In this document: positions 34,654-44,929 of the stretch, one piece after another | Layout of the letters: each line of letters starts with the position of its first letter | Numbering within the stretch: the stretch's first letter is position 1 | Source: Klebsormidium nitens | Lineage: Eukaryota; Plantae; Klebsormidiophyceae | Direction: 5' to 3' | Assembly (NCBI GenBank): GCA_000708835.1 | Contig: DF237118.1 | Location: forward strand, 62,001 to 126,000 | Length of the DNA: 64,000 nt | Program-made: the position numbers and the translations under genes | Notes under the pieces: model-generated | The model's database searches: none | What the model was told of the DNA's origin: nothing | Seen by the model: only the letters and a program-made list of their open reading frames with translations

Positions 34654-36718
34654 AACAGCGTTGCATTTATGCATTCGGGAAAATGCAATCACTTAGACCC
34701 GTCAAAGAACATTAGTGTAGTTTACCTCTATAAAGAGGCGAAGCGCACGGGAGTCGACCAGCTTTCTTGGCGATTCGAGCTTTGACTGGCCACACGGCCT
34801 TCCCACCGTCGAGCCAATGGACATTGCATTGGATTCGCTCCATAAGTATTCGCTCTTCAAGACATGAACGCCTCTGTTCCTGTTGCATATTTCACAATAT
34901 TAATATCCGAAGCAGTATGTCCGAAGTGGGGCTGCACGTTGGTTCTATCTACTTTCTCTGTAATCATAGAACAACGTTCGCTGGCAAAGCCAACTCAAAA
35001 ATGCGTGCTCGAGTGCCTGCCAGGCAAAGAGATTCGTCGGTGCTAAATGTCTCTCGCTAGCAAACGTTAAACAAACGTGTCGTGATTGTATTACTATAGG
35101 TATTAATGAATTGATGAATTAATGAATGGCATAACTGGCTGCAATAACAGTAGGCCGCCCGTGCCAATTAGCAGTCCCGAGCAGTGTGGCCGGTCGCTTC
35201 CAAACAACCAAACTGCCAAGTACATGCCACACTGGGCCCCTCCGTGAATGAAGAGCTTCGGCCAGCAACAAACCATCTGCCCTTCTCTGAGAATCTTCTA
35301 GCAACTGCCTGCGAGAACGGACACTTTCACTTTCGACACCGGCGGCCATTGCGAAGATGCCGGACGATCCGAGGATCGGCCATGAGAGCTGACTGCTCAG
35401 CTATCAACGCACGCGCTTATGCGCGGCGGCCGCCACTTGAAGGCTGGCGGCCGGGCGCCGCGCTGCGCGGCCACGGAACCTGCGCGGCCGCTACCGCGAT
35501 CCGCCTCATGCATGCAATCAGGCGCGAATGCTTACGCAAGCATTTAGGCCTCTTGAATGCGAACACGGTTCACTTGTGAGCGATAGATGATCGTCCGATA
35601 AGAAGCAAGTTTTGTCATCGACGGCCGCGATTGCCGTAATTCTGCCTGTCTCCTGATTGAGCCAATGAGAAGCGGCAGCTTCCAACGATCAAATCGTGCC
35701 ATATGCACAGGCTGACCTCAGCAAGAAACTGGAAATTTCAAAGCGCATTCATGACCTGGCATGCAATGTGCCTGGTGCCATCATATTGAACAGGGTTTCC
35801 CATGGACTTTCGTCCCGGCCGGCCCCCTGCCGGCACCCCCTCGGTCGTACCGGCTGGCTGGCCGGCTGCGCCGGCCGGCCACCTTTGCCCATGATGCAAG
35901 CCTGGCGTTAATGGGTGACGGCCGGAGCTCCCGGGGGACCCCCCCGCGCGGGCTGGGCCCTTTTAACCAGGTGGTTGGGTCTCCCCGGGGTTCAAGCCAC
36001 CTTTCGACCACAAAGTTTAGGGGTTGCCTTGTCGTGCCTAGCTGTATCCTCACATTGCCGTACAAAGCAGCAGGTACTCTCGATCCTTTTCGATGTTTTT
36101 AGGATCTAGACTCTTGGTCGAGCGGTTGAGACGATTGTTAAGCGACCAGTCTTGGACCCGGGGAGACTCACCGGACGGGGCAAGTCCAGAGTGGTCCGGG
36201 GCTGGCACCTAACCTATTAGGCTCTGGCTGGCAGGGTCCTGGCAGAGCCGGCTGCAGGGCCGGCCCACAGCCGGCAGGGTGCCTTCGGCACCGGCCGGGT
36301 TGGCAAATCTACCGGCCAGGTCCTGCCCCAGCGTGCCGGCTGTGAGAAACCCTGATATTGAAGCCTGCGCAATCTCTTCCAAGGGCGCAATCAGATTTCT
36401 TGCAAGACCACGGCCAGCACTGGCAGTGGCAGGCATCTGGTTCTCATTCTCTTCGTTCTGGGCAGAATTTATGAGCAAGCAGGTGCTCAATGCGTTCTAG
36501 CTGGTAGAGGAACGAGCTTTCCCGCCTGGAGGCTCTTTGAATGGGCTTCAGAGGCGCACAAGAATTTTTGGAGGGCGCGTCAGCAGCGCCTTTTGGTTCT
36601 GTTCAGAGGTCGGGGAGCTAGATCTAAGCAGACCTGATCGTGACCTCATTTTGAGCTACGATTGGCAGCGGCAGCGGCAGCGGATGTGAGTGAGGTCAGT
36701 GTGAGGTCAACGGGAAGG

Positions 36719-39700
36719 ATGGTTGCCACGCGCTCCCAATATCAAGCTGTGGCGAACGGAGACCCAGCTATGGCAAACGGAGATGGTGGAAAGCCGGCTG
36801 CGCACGCAGATCTGGAGACGCCCGAGACGCCAGTCAACATTCCAATTCATAGACGCATCCCGGACTACCTGCAGTCAGTCAACCTTTCCCACGTCCGACG
36901 TGGGTACCACCTGCTCATCACCCACGCTGTCACGCTCCTGGTGCTGCCGCTGTTCCTGTCAGTCGGAGTAGAGGTCCTGCGGATGCGGCCAGCGGACATC
37001 CTGCAGCTTTGGGAGCATCTGCAGTTCAATCTGGTCAGCGTTGTGGTCTGCTCCGCCGCGATCGTGTTTGGTGCTACCGTGTACTTCCTCTCTAGGGCTA
37101 GGCCGGTCTATCTGGTGGAGTTTGCGTGCTGTCAGCCAGAAATGGATCACGAAGTAGATCGGGACTACTTCATCAGCGGCACTAAGTGGGCATTTGCTGG
37201 CAATGAGAAGGCGATCGATTTCCAGAGCAAGATCATCTGGCGCTCGGGCCTAGGGGACAGCACATTCTTGCCAAAGGCTGTCAGGAACCGCCCCCCAAAC
37301 CCTACGATGGACATGGCGAGGAGAGAGGCCGAGGAGGTCATGTTCAGCACCCTGGAGAACCTTTTTGCAAAAACAGGGGTGAAGCCAAAGGAGGTGGATA
37401 TCTTAATCGTCAATTGCTCTCTCTTCAACCCCACGCCGTCGCTGTCAGCCATGATAGTGAACCATTTCAAGATGAGGGGCAATGTCAAGACGTACAACCT
37501 TGGGGGCATGGGGTGCAGTGCTGGGGTGATCTCTATCGATCTCGCAAGGGACCTGCTTCAGGTGCACCGCAACTCGCTGGCTGTTGTCGTCAGCACAGAG
37601 AACATCACTCAAAACTGGTACTTTGGCAATGACAGGTAAGACTGCTTCTGAGATTCCACTTCCCTTTGTTTGTGGTCATCTAGCTCTTCCACTTGGTCAA
37701 CCAATGGGTGCAGCATAGATTGGTCAATTGTTGTCTATGTTGCTTCTGTCCTAGTGGATGAAGACCTTTTCTGTGCAGCTGACTGCTTGTGATCAGATTG
37801 AAGTGGTGTTATTGGGCACCCTCATTGGATCGTGGCCCACGCCCAGTCGAAGTCTTTAATATTTTCAAAGATTGTATGTGTTTGGATGAAGCAAGATTGT
37901 GTTGAATGATGAAACTTGCTTCTAAGCTCGGTCAAGCAGCTATCCTTGCAACACCCTGCATTGCGAAAGGGCCGAGACATAGTGATTGGCCAGTCTTGGA
38001 GCATATTGCCATGTAAAGTGTTGGCGAGGCTGCATGCATTCATCCTGAGTTTTAGAAAGTGCCACTTTGATACCTGAAATATCTTGTAGCTGCGAGTCCC
38101 CTTCTATACTACTTCTACACCAGTCAGTTTGTATTGCACTACTGAGTCCTGCTTGATGTCTGCATACTTGAGTACAGCAGGCCAAAGTATCCATCACTTT
38201 AGCGACAAGTAGCAATCAAACTGTACCACCATCCTCATTTGGTGCTTGAGGCTCTTGGCTGGCGAGCTGCATCAAATCGCAAGATGCCTTCAGTCATTTG
38301 TCACAGCACTTTGAAATCTACTCTTGTTTTGGGTTATTCACTCTGCCAAAGCTACCAGTTTTCATTCCGCAGTCTGTGTGTGATCTGTTTTGTCTTTCTT
38401 TCGATCTTCTTCTTTTTCGATCTTTCCTTTCGTCTCTCTTCCAAACACTTCGTATTCCCCTGCTGTTGGCAGCATTACTCACTTTTCAAAGTATGACCTC
38501 CACTACTCAATTTGTAGAGTTTTCACGCAGGTCATGATGGTTCCAAACTGCCTCTTCCTTTTTACCCCCTGATCACCCGATGTTCGAATCGCAAGTTTCC
38601 ACCTTCGATTGCAATGTTCCTCCGACCTCCATCCTTTTTCTTTGCAGGTCCATGATGATCTCCAACTGCCTGTTTCTCCATAGCCCCGATCATTCAACTA
38701 ATCAAAGCACCACTTTCCACCTCATAATCCAATCTCTCTGGTCGTAATATTCTCAACCTCCATCCTCTCCTCTGGTCCCAAATGCCTGTTTGCATTAAAA
38801 CCTTGATTACTCAAACATGGTTTCCGGTTTACTTTACGCTTTGTCATTGCAATTTTCCTTCAACCTCCCTCCTCGCCTCTGCAGATGATGTCCAACTGCC
38901 TGTTCTACACGGTAGCGCAGCCGTTCTCTTTCCGCACGCTTCGTTTCTCCTTCGATTAAGTTTTCCCAGATTTAAACTCAAAACACTTGAATGAACAAGT
39001 TTCGATTTTTGTTATGCAGGTCCATGATGATCCCCAACTGCCTGTTCCGCATGGGGGGTGCTGCGATGCTCCTCTCGAACCGCGCGCGCGACGGCTGGCG
39101 CGCCAAGTACGAGTTGCTGCACACGGTCAGGACCAACAAGGCGGCGGACGACCGGTGCTACAACTGCGTGTTTCAGAAGGAGGACGAGGCTGGCAAGGTC
39201 GGGGTGTCGCTGTCCAAGGATCTTATGGCCATCGCGGGTGAGCATCTAACTTTGGGATACACTTGGTTCAGCATTTGTTAATTGGTCCACCGCAGCTTGA
39301 ATCTCGATTCGGGTTCTGTTGAGAGGCCTGGGTTTGGGCTTAACATCAGCCACGCTGAGCGTTCGCTGTGTCCAAAGAAAGTTGACCATCAGTTTGGCGG
39401 TAGCGAACTTCAGGGTCTCCAACGTCAAGGGCCGCTGTTGAAGAAAGTAACGGCTATCGAAAGTGAGCCCTACACTCAAAGTCAGGAGAATGCTTGGCCG
39501 AGCAACTCTTCACAGGATGCTTACTTCAAGCATGGGCCAAGGTAAGACTTTCACCGGCGGCCGTTTTTTCCTGAATCAGTGAACGAGAGCACCGTGCTGC
39601 TTTTATCCCATTGTGACACATCTTTGGCACTTAGGCTGCCGTACTCGTCATGTCACCAACACGTTTCGCTTTGGAGACGTGACGCCACTTTGTTTCGTCC

Positions 39701-40994
39701 TACCCCAGGGGAGACCCTGAAGGCCAACATTACGACACTGGGCCCGCTCGTCCTGCCCCTCTCGGAGCAGATCCTATTCTTCGTCGTGCTCGTGGCTCGG
39801 AAGCTGTTCAAGATGAAGATGAAGCCGTACATCCCGGACTTCAAGCTCGCGTTCGAGCACTTCTGCATCCATGCGGGGGGGCGCGGCGTCATTGACGAGA
39901 TGGAGAAGAACCTGCAGCTGCGGGAGTACCATACGGAGCCGTCCCGGATGACGCTCTACAAGTGAGTTTGATTTACGAAAGGCTGGATATTTGGATGAAG
40001 CACCATTCGGGACTGATGCGTAACGTAGTCGTGTCTGGCAATGCTCCAAGAGGTTGTTGCGACTGCATGGAGAGAGGGTGGTGGTTTGATGCTCAACAAG
40101 CGGGGTTTGCAGTCGCCGTTCTCGGGTGAATGTCTGATTGGGGGAAAGGCAGGGGAAGCGAAGATGAGTGGCGAGTCTGCATGGTGGTCGAGAGTTCACA
40201 AGTTGTCTTTCTTTTCCCGTTCGCTGAAAGTGACGCGAGTTGCTGAGGTTGAAGAGGACGACGAAACGGGAAAACGTTGAAAGGTCGGCGATGGGGTAGA
40301 GATAGTGGCATCCTGTCAAATCGAATACAGCGTGGTTGGGCTACCGCTGTCTTTTGCCCGCAGAATTTCAAGGCGCGTCTTGCTTGGTTCAGGCTCGTTC
40401 TGTCAAGAGGAAAGTATGCATCAGTAGGTGATAGCGGAAGCGAAAGTCGCCGTTTGTGGTTTCGGTTGAAAACGATAGTGTCTGATGCTAAAAAGCGTTC
40501 GTCAAATGGTCGACGTGTTTCACAATCCTTTCAAGAATTTTTTCAAGAGGAAACCTCTTCTTACCTCGACTCCGGGGCCTTTCAAGCATCGCTCTTACGA
40601 CTATCTTCCGAGGCCGATCTTCACACCAGTTCGAAGCAGACAGGACAATCCGAAGCGGCTTATACATTGACCAGAATCAATTTTGTGCATTGTAAACAGC
40701 CTGGTCCTTCCAATCAGTCAATGCCACTGTTGCCTGCGCCAGTCTGTATGTACATTTTACGAATCATCGTATATCGATTGCAGGTGGGGGAACACGTCAT
40801 CGTCGTCGATATGGTACGAGCTCGCCTACTCGGAGTACGCGGGGCGCGTTCGCCGAGGGGACCGCATCTGGCAGATTGCTTTTGGCAGCGGGTTCAAGTG
40901 CAACAGCGCCGTCTGGAGGGCGCTTCGGACGATCCAATCGCCGCCGGACAGCGTGTGGATTGGCACGCAAAAGCCTGCTGTCTTTCCTAGTTAG
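36719..40994 (+). CDS. KCS: 3-ketoacyl-CoA synthase (FAE1/KCS very-long-chain fatty acid elongase condensing enzyme)
   Basis: Exons 36719-37635, 39020-39237, 39709-39961 and 40784-40994. Motifs: [57 protein letters not shown] (Cys), [34 protein letters not shown] (His), [14 protein letters not shown] (Asn) and [16 protein letters not shown]. Confidence 0.98.
38520..39019 (+). repeat. Four degenerate tandem copies of the KCS intron 1/exon 2 junction
   Basis: Variants of GCAG-GTCCATGATGATCCCCAACTGCCTGTT have AG at 38529-38530, 38646-38647 and 38883-38884, plus an AG-less remnant at about 38770-38795. The real AG is at 39018-39019. Confidence 0.9.
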
Positions 40995-41434
40995 AAGCCA
41001 TGTTGGTAGGAAGGCCCAATTCGCCTGTATCGTATGTCGAGAAGGTGTGTAATGCCCGCATGATGAATTTTTTCAGGTAGGTTGCGATTGGCTGAATAAA
41101 GAGAGCAACCGGCTCAATTGACAGTGTTGCTCTTAGAAAGTTTAGATAGAGTTGAGAGGGTTTGGGCTTGTGAAAATTGGGATGGTGCTTTTGTTGGTAG
41201 TCTAACAGCGGCTAACACATACCGAAGCTGCGCAGTAGGCCGTTCAGGTATGGAAGTCCACCGACAAACCAGTGTTTGTTAGTTTTGTGGTGTCATCGAT
41301 TGAGCTTGTTTCAGCAAGGGCGGAAGCTGCGGCGGGCTAGCTTCTTTGCATCAATGCTGGCACGCTTTTGTCTGAAGTTTGTTGATAAGCTTCTAAACCG
41401 CGCCTCAACTGGCTTCGTCAGGAAGGTGGGCTCG

Positions 41435-41740
41435 TCATGAGTGCAGGCTGAGAGGGGCATGATCGTTCGGTTTGACGCGTGTACTAAGTTGGCTCAAAGC
41501 AACACCATATATATGTGCATGCCATATCTCCATGGTTGTAATCTGTGTGTAAGATATGTGGCCGGCTCGATCGGTGCCAGCGTGCGGGCGGCAGCCACGC
41601 GCATGCATGGTATTGTGTGAACCAAATATATGATCCCGGCCTTGGCACATGTGCATGCATGCTCCGAGTCGCTTATACATGGCCGCCCACCGCCGACGAC
41701 GTGCGTAGTATGGACCGTATTGTCATTGATAGCTCATGGC
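41435..41740. repeat. CATG-dense tract between convergent KCS and DTWD1 3' ends
   Basis: About 11 CATG in about 300 bp; contains CACATGTGCATGC at 41646-41658. Confidence 0.55.
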
Positions 41741-42015
41741 AACATATAGCACCCCGCCGCAGAAAGCTACCACTGAGCGTGACGGTTGTCTGCGAGGATT
41801 GAGCTGCCAGGCTCTTTCAGTCACGCGCATGACGCAATTACACCAATAAGAGCGTTGCACGTAGAGCGTTACATCCAATGCCGTTCATGTTTGCATTGCA
41901 GTCGAGCCTGTTTTCGACCGGAGCCAAATCTTCACATGCTCCGGGCCGCCAATAAGCATGCTAGAGAGATTCAATGCGGATGATTTGGCCGGACAGGCAA
42001 GCCCAGCGGTATTCT

Positions 42016-43998
42016 TTAAGACGACTCACCGGTCTTCCTTATCCGGCGATATATGTGTGCGAAATAGAACAGAAGATCGTCATAGCAGTGGCACTCGCTA
42101 CTTCCGCCCTCGTGGGCTTTCGTATGCCTCTGCTTGCAGAGATAGTAAATAGCTTCAATGGTAGACACCCCCTCGTCTGTGATGTTTTTCGTGTGGTACC
42201 GCCAAAAAGCGGTCTTCACGGGCTCGAGGCGAACGTGTGGCAGCCCTTTCAGAAGCGGATCCTCGATGAGCGACTTGGCTTTCTTCCACTGCAAGAGTCA
42301 TAAGATCGTCTTACACTCCGTCTTAGTAAACGATGTCGGAAAATGCTGAGAGACGCCTGCCGATTGGACAATGGACTCACTGGTCGATCCTTTCTCATCA
42401 GACAGAGAAACGCAGTGACTTACAGGCACCCTAGATGAGATGAGATGTTTCTCGTGTTTTGCAGGCTCCCAAATGATGGTAGCATGTTCGCTGCCTGCGA
42501 GGCTGTTGAAACAAACCCGAAAACGCTAGACAGATTCCTACTCAGCAAGAGTACACACGGGCTCCAGTCCTCAGGCAGGCAGAAAACACATAGAACTAAG
42601 TGCGAACAAGAATCATTTGGGGCGTGCTTTCTGCAAATGCATCCGCTCACCTTCGAGTCTATGAGAAGAACGTGTTCGAGGCGCTCCATTTGCAACTCGG
42701 AGACTGGCACTGATTTGCTCGACGGGAACAGGACGGCCGTAGTAGAGGGGTCAAAAGCTGTCGGAAAGCGGTTTCCTCCGTAGATGGTCACTTGGCCCGG
42801 TGCCAACAGGGCGGCGTGGACGCTGGTTGCCGCACTTCGCCGTTCCTCTCCATGCAAAAGGCTGGAAGGGCGGGTAACTTCAAGTGCTTAGAAACTATGG
42901 TATGATGAGAGAGAATAGATACTGAGCGGCTAAGGTTTCCTACGAATTTTCCCGCTCTAGAATTGCAGAATGACGCGCACTTCATGGATTGATAACCACA
43001 ATCCGAAACTTCCGTATGCAGGACATATTTCCCAAATCTAGACACTATGCAGATTGACTCAATTAACCTGCCACAAGTAAGCTGGCAATGGATATCGGCT
43101 CGAAGCACTTTTGTAGTCCATTGATAAGTGACGCTTGGGCAGCTCACATGTGAATGTGGAATGGCAGGTTGACAGTGGGAACTTTGCTGCGATCCGTCAG
43201 GACCTGCACGGCAACAGGAATCTGGTTGAAGATAACCTTGCCATCTCACTATACAGGATGTCCCACTATGAACACCAGACCGCGTTCGCGCATTCAGAAA
43301 GACAGCCGTACATGATGTAGCGGTGCTAACAAAGTTTTTCATAAAGCCGCTTGAGCTTCAGCTTCCAGAAAGCGAGAACAGATCTTAGAAAAGGGGGAAA
43401 GCCTGACCTGGAGGCAATCATAGCAGAAAAGGGAACGGCTGCTTTTGCACTGCGGACAGATTCTCCGCTCGCTCTCCTCGTCCAGAAAGTCTGAGGGCTT
43501 CGGGTGAACGTCCGCCGGCAGTTCTGGGAGGACAAAGTCAGGGTGGCGGTGCGTCAAAGCAAGCCGCCCCTCCGCGTCTGGTCTCCTCTTCATGGTGTTA
43601 TGCTTGCCTGGCTTTGGCTTCTTGGCTTGGGGCTGCTCTAGCTGGCTCCCAGGGGATTTCTGAGGTTGTGGCGTTGCCGAAGTACCCAGATCGTTTGGAC
43701 GGGAATCTTGATCAGGTTGAGAAGTGTCGGAGGGTTGTGGAGGAGGTGGCGTGTCCGCAACTGATGGCGTCAGGTTACTGGAAGCCATGCTCCTCCTACC
43801 AACAAAAACTTTGGCTAATGATAGACAAGGGGGACGCGTCAGAGGGGCAAGCGACAAATTGGCTTTTAGCACCACCGCTCCATCAGAGGGCCAACACTGA
43901 AGAAAAGTGCGCCTGATTCCCGGGCTTTGGAGTGGGACAGCCGTGCAAGAGGTGGAAGCTGGAGGAAAACAAGTTGGAGGCGATGCAACGCGCTGCAT
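42016..43998 (-). CDS. DTWD1: DTW-domain tRNA-uridine aminocarboxypropyltransferase, DTWD1-like
   Basis: Exons 43998-43408, 43203-43148, 42861-42651 and 42288-42016. Motifs: R..CP.C.SSR.LFCYDC, E.R.S.ATSVHA.LLAP, VLFPS..S, LLIDSK/W, T.FWRY, STIEAIYY and YDDLLFYF. The start could be 43998 or 43788. Confidence 0.88.
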
Positions 43999-44929
43999 TT
44001 ATCAGCTTCACAAGTCAGAGGAGCACGCGAGCAGGCTCGGCAGGGTCAGGGCAGAGTGCCAACCATGCTCGGCTGAACGAGGGTTATGGGTGGAACCGCT
44101 ACAAAACTCTGATTTGCAAGCGCAGCCCTCTGGCCGTTATGAAGATAACCCGAATACAGTGGCTTTGCCAACGTGTTTTGATGGGGAATGGGGCACATGT
44201 TTCGCAACTATTATCTACGATGTGATACTGAACTTCGCTTGTAGATTGCTGGCGACCAAGGTTGCCGGAAGCGTTGATCTAAGTACCGGTCTCAGGTACC
44301 GGGAAGTTTGAACCAGCTTTTGAAGGTAGTACTGTGGTCGGTTAGCTTGATAGGTCAACGGGGATGGACGACCGGGTCAACGCGACTTGGAACCTTGAAA
44401 TCCCAAAATTAGTCCAATTCTACATTCGGCTTGTTGCCCCGAGTATGTGGATGCGGCGACCCATTGTGTGCAATATACGGTGGCAGAGTCGCTATAACAA
44501 TTCCCCCCGAGGAGTCGTTTTCGACGGCCTTGTCAGTTGGCTGTAGATTCCGTTCGATAAAGTGCTGTACGTGCTAATCCGTCAAAAGATTCTGCCGCAC
44601 TTGCCCGCGCTCCCGTCACCAAATTCACCGGTTTCGACGATAAACGGCCATTTATGTAGAAACAGGGCAATATTCTAGGTATGGCGTGTGCTGAGAAGTT
44701 CAGTAAATATTGTTGTTGAGCTGCATCAACGCAGCATTGGACGCTGATTGCGCCAAAGCAAGGTTACCCGAGGAGCGAGGAAGCCTGTCCATACAGAAGG
44801 AGCGTTTTTGAAGGCTCAAAAACATTTGTTGAACGTTTCTCTAAGATTATTTTTCAGTTCCTTACTTACAAAGTGCTGAAAATAAAGCGGCACCTTGCAC
44901 CACCTTGCAAACAACCAGTTCAGAAAGAG

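Noticed and set aside
35075-35516. ABRE (ACGTGTC, 35075) plus RY (CATGCATGCA, 35507) as an ABI3/ABI5-type module for KCS
   Set aside because: Short motifs 1.2-1.6 kb from the ATG in a genome where CATG runs are common; not distinguishable from chance.
40277-40990. 237-aa ORF overlapping the last KCS exon
   Set aside because: Mostly intronic and in a different frame from the conserved KCS C-terminus.
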